The position numbers and the translations under genes are program-made. 64,000 nucleotides of DNA from Candidatus Zemynaea palustris (GTDB lineage: Bacteria > Vulcanimicrobiota > Vulcanimicrobiia > Vulcanimicrobiales > Vulcanimicrobiaceae). Where the stretch lies: NCBI GenBank assembly GCA_003134695.1, contig PLCB01000016.1, positions 3,528-67,527 of the forward strand, given 5' to 3'. Every line of letters begins with the position of its first letter. Within the stretch, counting starts at the first letter, position 1. Below the pieces are notes generated by a model that searched no databases, was not told the DNA's origin, and saw only the letters and a program-made list of their open reading frames with translations. Shown in pieces: positions 55,367-64,000 of this stretch.

Positions 55367-57218
55367 ACCGCGCCGCATCGGGCTTCACCTCCAAAAGCCG
55401 TGGAAGCTCTACTTCTTCATCGGCGCGGTAGCGTTCGCGCTCGTCGGGTTGGTCTTTCGGTTGACGCAGATCCAACTGGTCGACGGACCGAAGTTCGCGC
55501 TGGCCGCGCGCGCCAACCAAATTCGGCGCATCCCCGTCGCCGCACCGCGCGGACGCATCTACGATCGCAACGGCACGCTGATCGTGCGCAGCCGACCGTC
55601 CTTCGTTTGCGCGATCGTGCCCTCCGAAGTACGAGATCCGGCGAGCGTGATAAGCCTGCTTTCGAAAACGCTCGGCATTCCGGAAAGCCGGCTGTGGCAG
55701 CGCTTGCTCCACCATCACGGCATCAACTATAAGAATTTCGACGAGGTTGCCGAGTACGAACCCTACGGGCCGGTCATCCTCGCGCCGAATTTGACGACGG
55801 CGCAGATGGCACGGCTCGCCGAAGCACAGGCGGAATTGACGGGCGTCGATCTCGAGGCCCAACCCGTGCGCGATTATCCCTACGCAAAGATGGGCGCGCA
55901 CGTCCTGGGCTACGTCGGAGCGATTACCGAAAACGAATATCGCGAACTGAAGAACCGCGGCTACACGCCCAACGACGTTGTCGGGAAAGAGGGACTCGAA
56001 GAATACTACGACGAGCTCTTGCGCGGAACGCCGGGCGGCGAGCAAATCGAAGTCGACGCCCAAGGCCGGCTCGTGCGCCGCCTCGGCCCGGTCGATCCCA
56101 TACCGGGCCACAGCCTCGTGCTCACGCTCGATTGGCGCTTACAAACGATCGCCGAGCGGGCGGTCAGCGACGGCTTGAGCGCGTGGGGCGGATCGCACGC
56201 GCGCCGGCTGGCGGGCGCGATGGTCGCCATCGATCCGCGCGACGGCGGCATCCTGGCGCTGGTCTCGTACCCGAACTTCAACCCGAACGATTTCACCAAC
56301 GGTATCACCGAAAAGAACTATCGCCGGTACCTCGACGATCCGCTGCGGCCCTTATACGACCGCGCGATCGGCGCCGCGACCGCGACCGGCTCGACCTTCA
56401 AGATGGTCACCGGCAGCGCGGCGTTGTCGAGCGGCGTCATCGGCAAAGATCAAGTCCTTTATGATTCGGGCTCGTGGTACTGTCACGGCCAGATGTTCAC
56501 CGACGTCGCCGCCGGCGGACTCGGCTCGGTTGATTTCATTCGCGCGCTGGCCGCGTCGTCGGACGGCTACTTCTATCAACTCGGCGACCGGCTCGGCCAC
56601 GAGCGGCTACGCTATTACGCGACGCAGTACGGCATCGGCTCGCAGCTGGGCATCGACATCCCCGGCGAATATCCCGGCAACTGGCCGACCAACGCGTGGT
56701 CGATGAAGACCTACGGTCTCCCGCTCGAGCCGAGCGACGTGTGTCAACTCGCGATCGGTCAGGGCGCGATGCAAGCGACGCCGCTGCAGATCGCCGACGT
56801 CGCGGCGACGGTGGTCAACGGCGGAACGCTCTACAAACCGCACCTGGTCGCAGCGGTGCGCGACGCGTCGGGAAGAATCGTCAAGCGCTTCGACGCGCCG
56901 GTGATCCGTCACGTCCCGGTCACCGGCGAAGCGTTGCGCGAAGTGCGTGCCGGGATGGACAAGGTCACCGACCCCGGCGGGACGGCCTACGGCATGGCGG
57001 TCCCCGGGTTACCGTTCGGCGGAAAAACCGGGACCGTCGAGACCGACGGCGGCCGCGGGCCCAACACGACCTGGTTCATCGCGTACGCGCCGAGCGATCA
57101 TCCGACGATCGCGCTCGCCGTCTACATGGAGCGGACCGGCGGCTACGGCGCCGAGGTCGCTGCTCCCGTCGCGCGCCGCATCCTCGCGGAGTACTTCCAC
57201 AAGAACCTCACGCCTTAG
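55350..57218 (+). CDS. mrdA: penicillin-binding protein 2 (elongasome transpeptidase)
   Basis: 622 aa with an N-terminal TM anchor. Motifs STFK (GSTFKMV), SxD-type (SSDGYF) and KTG (GGKTGT). Confidence 0.9.
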   Translation: MSASAEPRRIGLHLQKPWKLYFFIGAVAFALVGLVFRLTQIQLVDGPKFALAARANQIRRIPVAAPRGRIYDRNGTLIVRSRPSFVCAIVPSEVRDPASVISLLSKTLGIPESRLWQRLLHHHGINYKNFDEVAEYEPYGPVILAPNLTTAQMARLAEAQAELTGVDLEAQPVRDYPYAKMGAHVLGYVGAITENEYRELKNRGYTPNDVVGKEGLEEYYDELLRGTPGGEQIEVDAQGRLVRRLGPVDPIPGHSLVLTLDWRLQTIAERAVSDGLSAWGGSHARRLAGAMVAIDPRDGGILALVSYPNFNPNDFTNGITEKNYRRYLDDPLRPLYDRAIGAATATGSTFKMVTGSAALSSGVIGKDQVLYDSGSWYCHGQMFTDVAAGGLGSVDFIRALAASSDGYFYQLGDRLGHERLRYYATQYGIGSQLGIDIPGEYPGNWPTNAWSMKTYGLPLEPSDVCQLAIGQGAMQATPLQIADVAATVVNGGTLYKPHLVAAVRDASGRIVKRFDAPVIRHVPVTGEALREVRAGMDKVTDPGGTAYGMAVPGLPFGGKTGTVETDGGRGPNTTWFIAYAPSDHPTIALAVYMERTGGYGAEVAAPVARRILAEYFHKNLTP

Positions 57219-57237
57219 AGCCGAAGGGGTCGAGGTT

Positions 57238-58428
57238 ATGCTGGTCAACGCGATCCGCCCGTCGGCGGCGATGTCCCGGCTTTCGAGCGAAGGCGCCTTC
57301 GAGGTCTTGGCACGCGCGCGCGAGCTCGAGGCGCAGGGCCGGCACATCATCCACCTCGAGATCGGCGAGCCCGACTTCGACACGCCCGAGCACATCAAGC
57401 GTGCCGGGATGGCGGCGATCGAGACCAACCACACGCACTACACGCCCTCGGCGGGCATCGCGCCGCTGCGTGAAACGATCGCCGCGCACGCGTCGCGCTT
57501 TCGCGGGATCTCGCCGCCGTTCGGCCCGGGCGAGGTCGTCGTCAGCCCCGGCCTCAAACCGTTGATCTGGAACGTGCTGAGCGCGCTCGTCGATCCGGGC
57601 GACGAAGTCGTCTTCGCCGATCCCGCGTATCCGGCGTATGCCTCGTGCACGTCGTACTTGCAGGCCAAACCCGTCCCGGTGCCCTTGCTCGAACGTACCG
57701 GCTTCCGGCTCGACCTCGACGAGCTGGCGGCAAAGATGACGGACCGGACGCGCGTGCTCATTTTGAATTCGCCGCACAATCCGACCGGCGGCGTGTTGAC
57801 GCGCGCCGACCTCGAGACGATCGCCGAGCTCGCGCAACGCCACGACGTCACCATCGTCTCCGACGAAATCTACAGCCGAAACGTTTACGGTTCGGAGTTC
57901 TTCTCGATCGCGGCGCTGCCCGGGATGCGCGAGCGCACCGTCGTCCTCGACGGTTTCTCGAAAGCCTACGCGATGACCGGCTGGCGGCTCGGCTACGGCA
58001 TCATGCCGGCGCACATCGCGCGCGCGGTGGCACTGATGGGGCAAAATACGTACTCCTGTACCGCCTCGTTCGTCCAGCAGGCCGGCATCACCGCGCTGGA
58101 CGGGCCCGACGCGGCCGTGCAGGCGATGGTCGAAGAATTCCGCCGCCGGCGCGACACGATCGTGGCCGGACTCAACGCGATACCGCGGATTCGTTGCGCG
58201 ACACCCGACGGCGCGTTCTACGTTTTCCCCAACGTCAGCGGCATCACGCCCGACGATCGTCGCTTAGGTTCGTATCTCCTCGAAGAGGCTAACGTCGCCG
58301 CGCTCGCGGGGACGTATTTCGGCTCGGCGGGCCGCGGCTATCTGCGCATGTCGTACGCCAACTCACTCGATCAAATTCGCACCGCGCTCGACCGCATGCG
58401 CGCGGCGTTGGCGAACTTCTCTGACTAA
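57238..58428 (+). CDS. class I/II PLP-dependent (aspartate-type) aminotransferase
   Basis: From ATG 57238 with a GAAGGGG RBS. Motifs NSPHNPTG and the PLP-Lys SKAYAMTGWRLGY. Confidence 0.9.
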   Translation: MLVNAIRPSAAMSRLSSEGAFEVLARARELEAQGRHIIHLEIGEPDFDTPEHIKRAGMAAIETNHTHYTPSAGIAPLRETIAAHASRFRGISPPFGPGEVVVSPGLKPLIWNVLSALVDPGDEVVFADPAYPAYASCTSYLQAKPVPVPLLERTGFRLDLDELAAKMTDRTRVLILNSPHNPTGGVLTRADLETIAELAQRHDVTIVSDEIYSRNVYGSEFFSIAALPGMRERTVVLDGFSKAYAMTGWRLGYGIMPAHIARAVALMGQNTYSCTASFVQQAGITALDGPDAAVQAMVEEFRRRRDTIVAGLNAIPRIRCATPDGAFYVFPNVSGITPDDRRLGSYLLEEANVAALAGTYFGSAGRGYLRMSYANSLDQIRTALDRMRAALANFSD

Positions 58429-58495
58429 GGGAGCCGCCGCCGGACCCGCAACGATCGAGCGTGCCGGAACGAACGACGTCGAGACGCTCGTCCCG

Positions 58496-58897
58496 TTGTT
58501 CGAGGCATACCGCGCATTCTACCGGTGGCCAACGGGCGGCGACGCCGCCGCGGCGTTCTTACGCGAGCGGCTTGAGAAGAGCGAGTCGGTGATCCTCATC
58601 GCGCGTGATCCGGCCGGCGGCGAGCCGCTCGGTTTCGCACAACTCTACCCGCTGTTCAGTTCCGAGCGGATGGCGCGGCTTTGGCTGCTCAACGATCTGT
58701 TTGTCGTTCCCGCGGCGCGCCGCCGCGGGGTCGCGCGTGCGCTGATCCGCGGCGGCGAGGACCTCGCGCGCGAGACCGGCGCGCGCGGCCTCATGCTCTC
58801 GACGCACGTCAACAACCGGACGGCGCAACGCGTCTACGAAGCTGCCGGCTGGCGCCGCGACGACGAGTTCTATTCGTACCTGCGCGACCTCGTGTAG
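58496..58897 (+). CDS. GNAT-family N-acetyltransferase
   Basis: Acetyl-CoA motif VVPAARRRGVARALI. The in-frame upstream codons (ATIERAGTNDVETLVPL) look like the GNAT beta1/alpha1 region but lack ATG/GTG/TTG. The real start may be CTG 58421. Confidence 0.7.
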   Translation: MFEAYRAFYRWPTGGDAAAAFLRERLEKSESVILIARDPAGGEPLGFAQLYPLFSSERMARLWLLNDLFVVPAARRRGVARALIRGGEDLARETGARGLMLSTHVNNRTAQRVYEAAGWRRDDEFYSYLRDLV

Positions 58898-58901
58898 CTG
58901 A

Positions 58902-59375
58902 TTATCCCGGCGCGACGCTTGTGAACGAACCGAGCGTCGCGTAGAGGCAGTTCGCCTGACCCGGGAGTTGGATGCGAACGGTGTAACGCGTGTCCGGACG
59001 CAGCGGCGGCAGCCAGGCCTTCGCGATCTCCATCGAGTCGAGGCTGATGTTCGGCGGCGCGAGATATCCGCTCGTGTCGAGTTGCAGCGTCCCGCCGTCA
59101 TTGGCGTACGGCGTACCGTCGGTCAGCACGACGCGCTGCTCCTCGATCGCCGGGCCGCCGCGCGGAACCGGGACGGCGATCTCGACCCACGTGCCCTGGA
59201 GTGCGACTCCGATCGCGCCATCGGTCGGGAAAAGCAGTATCGGCGCAATGGCCGGCGCCACCGAGCATGCCGTATTGTTGACGTATTCGGCGCGCGCGCT
59301 CTGCGGAGCGCCGAGAAGGGTCAGCGCGCACATCGCGAGCGCGCCGTAGATGAACTTGCAAACGTTCGTATTCAT
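58902..59375 (-). CDS. secreted hypothetical protein
   Basis: From ATG 59375. Signal peptide MNTNVCKFIYGALAMCALTLLGAPQSARA|E. Confidence 0.5.
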   Translation of the reverse strand: MNTNVCKFIYGALAMCALTLLGAPQSARAEYVNNTACSVAPAIAPILLFPTDGAIGVALQGTWVEIAVPVPRGGPAIEEQRVVLTDGTPYANDGGTLQLDTSGYLAPPNISLDSMEIAKAWLPPLRPDTRYTVRIQLPGQANCLYATLGSFTSVAPG

Positions 59376-59507
59376 GGTAACGAGCTTATTCCCAAATCTA
59401 CTGGCCGGGGACGCCAACCGAGCGCCAGCCGCACGCGTCGGCGCGCCGTCAACCTCGCGCTCGATTCGCGCGACGTTGCGCAATCTCGCGCTCGGGATTA
59501 GCTGGCG

Positions 59508-60521
59508 TTAGGGTAACTTCATCGCCGACTTGACGTCGGCGAGCGTCTCTTTCGCGATGACCCGCACTTTCTCGGCGCCGGCATCCAGAATCGCTCCCAC
59601 CGCATTCTCATCGAGGCTCGCGCGCCGCTCTCGAACCGGCCTCATGAAGCCGTTGAGTTTCTCGGCGAGTTCGGCTTTGCAGTCGACGCAGCCGAGCGCG
59701 CCGCTGCGGCAGTTCTCTTCGATCCACGGAACGCGCGATTCGTTGAGGATCTTGTGCAGCGCGAAGACGGGACAAATCTCGGGGCGGCCCGGGTCGTGCC
59801 GGCGAATCTTGAGCGGATCGGTCACCATGGAGCGAACCTTCTGGGTGGTGGTCGGTTCGTCGTCGGCGATTTCGATCTGATTGTCGTACGATTTCGACAT
59901 CTTGCGTCCGTCGGTGCCGGGGACGTCCGGGAATTCGCTGAGCGTCGGCTGCGGTTCGACCAGCGTCGCGCCGTACAGATGATTGAAGCGGCGAACGATC
60001 TCGCGCCCGATCTCGAGGTGCGAGAGCTGATCTTTGCCGACGGGGACCGTGTTCGCGCGGACGATTGCGATGTCGCAGAGCTGCATCAGCGGATATCCCA
60101 GAAAACCGTAGGTCGCGATCTCCGGTCCCAGTTCGGCGATCTGATCCTTGTAGGTTGGGACGCGCTGCAACCACGCGACCGGCACGATCATCGAGAGTAA
60201 CAGATGCAGCTCGCTGATTTCGGGGATGTGCGATTGCACGTATATGGCGCACTTCTGCGGGTCGACGCCGGCCGCCAGCCAGTCGAGTACCAATTCCGTG
60301 GTGTTTCGCCGAATCGACTCGGTGCGCTCGAACGACGTCGTCAGCGCATGCAGGTCGGCGACCTCGAAGAATGCCTCGCTCGTCCGGCAGAACTCGACCC
60401 ATTGCGTCAAGACGCCGAACAGATGGCCGATGTGCAACCGGCCCGTGGGCCGATTGCCCGACATGATCCGCCGCGCGGTTTGCGTCTCTTGCACCACCCC
60501 TAACCCTATGCTAGTATCCAC
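59508..60521 (-). CDS. trpS: tryptophanyl-tRNA synthetase
   Basis: HIGH (RLHIGHLFG) and KMSKS motifs. The start is uncertain: GTG 60521, GTG 60494 or ATG 60464. Confidence 0.95.
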   Translation of the reverse strand: MDTSIGLGVVQETQTARRIMSGNRPTGRLHIGHLFGVLTQWVEFCRTSEAFFEVADLHALTTSFERTESIRRNTTELVLDWLAAGVDPQKCAIYVQSHIPEISELHLLLSMIVPVAWLQRVPTYKDQIAELGPEIATYGFLGYPLMQLCDIAIVRANTVPVGKDQLSHLEIGREIVRRFNHLYGATLVEPQPTLSEFPDVPGTDGRKMSKSYDNQIEIADDEPTTTQKVRSMVTDPLKIRRHDPGRPEICPVFALHKILNESRVPWIEENCRSGALGCVDCKAELAEKLNGFMRPVRERRASLDENAVGAILDAGAEKVRVIAKETLADVKSAMKLP

Positions 60522-60620
60522 GCATACGAGGGCTTCGCTGGCTAGGGCGCCTTACCAATCCGTTGGTCACGAACGTAGCGAGTCGAAACCGATCCTGAAT
60601 CAAGAACGAGGTGGCTCGCT

Positions 60621-60947
60621 TTGTATACCGACGAACGGCTGACCTGCACCGACTGTGGCGCGGAGTTCGTCTTCACGAGTGGGGAACAAGAGTTCTTCGC
60701 CAGCAAGGGTTTTCAGAATAAGCCCAATCGCTGTCCCGACTGCCGCGCCGTGCGCAAAGCTGCGCGCGGCCAAGGTGGCGGCGGCGGCGCTGGACGCGGC
60801 TACGGTGGCAACCGCGAGATGTACACGGTAACGTGCACCGGCTGCGGACAGCCCGCGGAGGTTCCGTTCCAGCCACGCGGGGACAAGCCGGTGTATTGCC
60901 GCGATTGCTTCGCGCAGCGCCAACCACAACGCCCATCGTACCGCTAA
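60621..60947 (+). CDS. double zinc-ribbon protein (zf-trcl-like plus CxxC-x17-CxxC) with Gly/Arg-rich linker
   Basis: TTG start with GAGGTGG upstream. Domains are CTDC...EQEFF...CPDCR and CTGC-x17-CRDC, joined by RGQGGGGGAGRGYGGNR. Confidence 0.7.
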   Translation: MYTDERLTCTDCGAEFVFTSGEQEFFASKGFQNKPNRCPDCRAVRKAARGQGGGGGAGRGYGGNREMYTVTCTGCGQPAEVPFQPRGDKPVYCRDCFAQRQPQRPSYR

Positions 60948-61714
60948 TCGGCGAGGCGCATCGAGCCAAGCTCTAGCGCGCGCGCGATTTTGTCTCGAAC
61001 GTAGGCGCGCGCTTTCGCCACGGCCTCGCGGAGCGACTGACCGTTCGCAAGTGCCGCCGCCAACGCGTCCGCCAAGAGACAACCGGTCCCACGCATCGTC
61101 GCATCGATGCGACACTCTTCGAACACGCGCAACTCGCCGTCAAAAAGGACGTCGAGGGCGCGCTCCGCGAGGTGGCCGCCTTTGACGAGCGCGGCCCCGG
61201 CGCCGTCGGAGACGATGGTCCGCGCAGCGAGGGCCATGGTTTCGACGTCGTCGCAGCGCTCGAGGCCTGCCAGGCGCCGCGCCTCTTCCAGATTCGGCGT
61301 AACGATCGTAACGCGCGGAATCAATTCACGCACGATGGCGGCGACGCCGGCGTGGTCGACGAACGCGCCGCCGCCGCTCGGGCCGAAGACCGGATCGTAG
61401 ACGACGGGGACGCCGACGTCGCGCAAGCGCGCGGCGACGGTGGCGATCGCCGCGACGCCCGGCAGCGCACCGATCCGGTACGCGGCGATCGGCGCATCGG
61501 CCAGCGCGTCGAACTGCGCGTCGATCGTCTCGGCCGGAATCTCGTGCAGCGCGTGGAGGCCACGCGCATCTTGCGCGGAGACGCCGGCGACGACGAGCGC
61601 CGCGCGCGCGCCGCACTCGGCCAACGCGCGGACGTCGAGGCCGAGTCCGGCCGCGTTCCACGGATCGGTCGTTCCGATCGCGCACACGAGCGGAGCGTTT
61701 TCGCGTCTCGTCAT
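60944..61714 (-). CDS. thiD: hydroxymethylpyrimidine/phosphomethylpyrimidine kinase
   Basis: 256 aa: GTTDPWNAAGLGLD, DPVFG, VKGGHL, GTGC. Confidence 0.9.
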   Translation of the reverse strand: MTRRENAPLVCAIGTTDPWNAAGLGLDVRALAECGARAALVVAGVSAQDARGLHALHEIPAETIDAQFDALADAPIAAYRIGALPGVAAIATVAARLRDVGVPVVYDPVFGPSGGGAFVDHAGVAAIVRELIPRVTIVTPNLEEARRLAGLERCDDVETMALAARTIVSDGAGAALVKGGHLAERALDVLFDGELRVFEECRIDATMRGTGCLLADALAAALANGQSLREAVAKARAYVRDKIARALELGSMRLAD

Positions 61715-62325
61715 CGCACCAGTGACGCCCAGCGCGCGACGAGCGCGCGCGCGTTCGCCGCGGGATCGGGACCGCGCGCGATCGCCGAGATCACGGCCGC
61801 CATCTTCGCGCCGCAGCGAACCACCGCGTCGAGATCGGAGAGTTCGATTCCGCCGATCGCGGCGACGGGCAAGGCTGTCGCTTCCGTCACCGCGCGGACA
61901 CCCTCCGCGCCGATCGCGAGGCCCGCGTCGGACTTGCTCGCGGTCGCATGATACGGACCGACGCCGAGATAATCGGCGCCGAGCGCCTCCGCCGCACGCG
62001 CTTCATGCTGCGTCGCGCACGAGATACCGAGCAATCGTCCCCCGAGCCGCGCGCGAATGGCTTGTGCGCCGAGCCGGGAGATGTCTTCTTGACCCGCATG
62101 CAAGCCGTCGGCGTCGAGCGAGGCTTCGAGATCGTCATTGATCAACAACACCGCGCCGCAGCGCCGCGTTCGTTCGTGCAAGGCGCGCACGAGCGCGCGA
62201 TCGACGCCGCGTTTCGCGCGGTACTGAACGAGCCGAACGCCGGCGCCCAAGATACCGTCGGCGAGCGCGAGCGGCGACTCGACCGCGTCGGCGTCGACGA
62301 TCGCGTAGATTCCCGTGAGCTGCAT
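61711..62325 (-). CDS. thiE: thiamine-phosphate synthase
   Basis: From ATG 62325 (MQLTGIYAIVD...). Also VQYRAK, NDD and AIGGI. Confidence 0.9.
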   Translation of the reverse strand: MQLTGIYAIVDADAVESPLALADGILGAGVRLVQYRAKRGVDRALVRALHERTRRCGAVLLINDDLEASLDADGLHAGQEDISRLGAQAIRARLGGRLLGISCATQHEARAAEALGADYLGVGPYHATASKSDAGLAIGAEGVRAVTEATALPVAAIGGIELSDLDAVVRCGAKMAAVISAIARGPDPAANARALVARWASLVR

Positions 62326-62363
62326 ACAAAGAAACGAGGAGGGCGCTTTCGCGACCCTCCTCG
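62326..62363 (-). terminator. intrinsic terminator after the lipoprotein gene, abutting the thiE start
   Basis: Minus strand reads CGAGGAGGGTCGC-GAAA-GCGCCCTCCTCG followed by TTTCTTTGT. The thiE ATG follows immediately. Confidence 0.7.
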
Positions 62364-62386
62364 CCGAGACCGTTAGAACCGAGCTG

Positions 62387-63058
62387 CTATGGCGCCTGCG
62401 AAACGACGACCACAACCGAGCCGATGACGCCGCTGACCGTATGCGTTGCCACGACGCGGATGCAGTAGTTCGCACCGACGGCCGGCGCGATGATCGTGGT
62501 CGGCGCGAACGGCGTTGCGGCGGCCGGCGTCATCGGCGGGCCGATGAAGATCTGCTGGGCCTGTCCGGTGTAGGTCGGGAACGTCCCGACCGGTCCGCTT
62601 CCCGGCGGAGGCTGCGCGAGCAGTTGGTTATACGCACCACTGTACAGCGGATAGGTGCTGAAGGCGGTCGGCGCAGGCCCTTGCTCCAAGAGCGAGTTGA
62701 TCGGAAACGCAGGCGACGGCGGAGCGCCGCACGTACCGCTCCCGTTCGGCGAGGCACCTTTGAGGTACGCCGTGCCGGCCGGCGCGTAGACGGCCGCCCA
62801 CGTGAACGTCGCGTCGGGGACAACGACCGAGCCGGAGCCGCTTCCCTTGATGGCGATTGCCGACACTTGGAGCGGCGCGTTCCCCGTCGGATCGACGAAG
62901 AAATCGTTGACACCCGCGGCGCCGTTTTCGAAGAGGATCGAAGTCGGTGTTTGCGGGTTGTTGGTGCCGCCGCTGTTAAATCCGTAGCCGCCACCCGAGC
63001 ACGCGGCCAATAGCGCGATACCGAATGCGGCGATCAGCGATGGGGCGAGACGACGCAT
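62387..63058 (-). CDS. lipoprotein (hypothetical, Gly/Pro/Thr-rich, beta-rich)
   Basis: Lipobox ALLAAC|S. GGGAG RBS 7 nt upstream. Confidence 0.6.
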   Translation of the reverse strand: MRRLAPSLIAAFGIALLAACSGGGYGFNSGGTNNPQTPTSILFENGAAGVNDFFVDPTGNAPLQVSAIAIKGSGSGSVVVPDATFTWAAVYAPAGTAYLKGASPNGSGTCGAPPSPAFPINSLLEQGPAPTAFSTYPLYSGAYNQLLAQPPPGSGPVGTFPTYTGQAQQIFIGPPMTPAAATPFAPTTIIAPAVGANYCIRVVATHTVSGVIGSVVVVVSQAP

Positions 63059-63221
63059 ATAAAACTCCCGGTTGACACGTAAAAAGAGCCGACGGCCTTC
63101 TGAAAGTTCCGCCGCCGAGTACGTGGCGCGAGTTAGCCTCGGCGCGCTCGGTCTCCTCTCGGGGTGAATCCCCGAAGCGCTGGCTCGCCTCGGGGCCTCA
63201 GAAGGCGACCGGCCCCCGCGG
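63059..63221 (-). other. structured intergenic RNA candidate (multi-hairpin leader/terminator region)
   Basis: On the minus strand, a long-range stem pairs GCCTTCTGA with TCAGAAGGC, enclosing hairpins CCCCGA...TCGGGG, GGGG-ATTCA-CCCC and GCCGAG...CTCGGC. This is followed by a T-run, and GGGAG lies 7 nt before the ATG. Confidence 0.35.
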
Positions 63222-64000
63222 CTAGGGACCGACGGGGATCGCCGGGAGGTCGACGCTGAAGGGCGCGTCCGCCCCGTCGCGGAGTTCGGGCGCGAGGGTC
63301 AGGCTGAGGCTTTTCGGTCTGAACCGGTCGGGGGTGAAGAACGTCAAGGCTCCGGTATATTGGCCGCTGCCCGCGAGGCGGAGCCCGAGGTAGAGGTTCT
63401 TGTCGGTCAGCGACGCGAGCTTGGTCGCGATCAAATGGTAGGATGCGCCCGACTGGTCCTTCAGGACGGACCGGCCGTAGGGCAAGAGCGTAACCGTCTC
63501 GTCGCCGTAGTTGGCGAAATTCACGATGAACTCGGCACGGCCGGTAAAGAATGAGACTTTGCGGACGGTCACACGAAGCTTCTCGACGTCGGCGGTCGCG
63601 TTGTTCGGGACGACGACCCGCCAGGGATGATACGGATCCTTGATCTTCACCGAACCGTTTTCGTTCAAGAGACCGTAGTCGACGCGGGCTGTCGCCGTCG
63701 CCGGCGATTGGTGCGCGTAATCGAAAAACTCGATGTTCTCCGAGACGACCACGAGGACGCCGCGCGCGCCGGCGCTAGACGTGCGCAGCACTTTGTAGCG
63801 ACCGATCTTAAAGTGGTCGGCCTTAAAGACCGACGCGTAATTGTCGGCGGTCACGAAGTAGCGCCGCTCGTCTCCGCTCAAGAGCGCGAATGCCGCCGGA
63901 TAGTTGCCGCTTCCCAGCGCCGTGATGTAACGGTCGAGAACGTCGCGTTGCAGTTTGTCGAGCGCGGGCGGCGCCGGAGCGGCGCCGATCAGCGCGAGGA
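63222..64000 (-). CDS. secreted hypothetical protein, 5'-partial at window edge (DUF4352-like C-terminal Ig-type domain)
   Basis: The frame stays open from 63881 to the window end (...LALIGAAPAPPALDKLQRDVLDRYITALGSGNYPAAFALL-SGDERRYF). The true start therefore lies beyond 64000. Confidence 0.55.
   Translation of the reverse strand, partial: LALIGAAPAPPALDKLQRDVLDRYITALGSGNYPAAFALLSGDERRYFVTADNYASVFKADHFKIGRYKVLRTSSAGARGVLVVVSENIEFFDYAHQSPATATARVDYGLLNENGSVKIKDPYHPWRVVVPNNATADVEKLRVTVRKVSFFTGRAEFIVNFANYGDETVTLLPYGRSVLKDQSGASYHLIATKLASLTDKNLYLGLRLAGSGQYTGALTFFTPDRFRPKSLSLTLAPELRDGADAPFSVDLPAIPVGP

Noticed and set aside
59454-59494. Direct repeat CTCGCGCTCG (59454-59463 and 59485-59494) flanking an imperfect palindrome downstream of trpS.
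   Set aside because: It is short and GC-rich, so it is expected by chance in this composition. There is no U-tract and no clear stable hairpin.

Overview
High-GC bacterial chromosomal segment, roughly two-thirds to three-quarters G+C in hand-counted 60-nt samples. I call about 73 CDS. I found no rRNA, tRNA, CRISPR array, transposase or integrase. The backbone is housekeeping: atpI-B-E, wecB, upp, glyA, rpiB, aspS, hisS, purH, smc, rnc, fabF, rpmA, obg, nadD, lysA, maf-mreBCD-pbp2, trpS, thiED. Its gene order resembles Firmicutes/Terrabacteria, and L27 carries a cleavable-type N-terminal propeptide. The window also encodes diderm-type envelope functions, including a beta-barrel outer-membrane protein. 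Accessory content worth a second look, best first: (1) a ~10-kb co-directional ADP-heptose glycoconjugate locus at 25501-35109, sitting between hisS and aspS, with GmhA/GmhB/HldA/HldC, three GT9, three paralogous GT2 and an LpxB-like GT19; (2) a lower-GC orphan gene fusing a YkgJ-type CxxCxxCC domain to a QueC-like PP-loop ATPase at 38927-40138; (3) a three-subunit split-beta Co-type nitrile-hydratase-family enzyme at 8124-9360, inserted between rpiB and glyA; (4) a low-GC islet with a domain-permuted DpnI-like methyl-directed restriction endonuclease at 5292-6050; (5) an outer-membrane protein with a CuAO-N-like domain, polyproline linker and beta-barrel at 17922-19331. Also present are an arsI / arsR-aqpS-arsC arsenic locus, a DUF1611 plus dipeptide-epimerase plus peptide-binding-protein module, a sugar ABC transporter, and several structured or palindromic intergenic elements. 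All calls come from reading the ORF translations and the DNA by eye. Start codons are often alternative (GTG/TTG) and uncertain by tens of nt. No database search was run.
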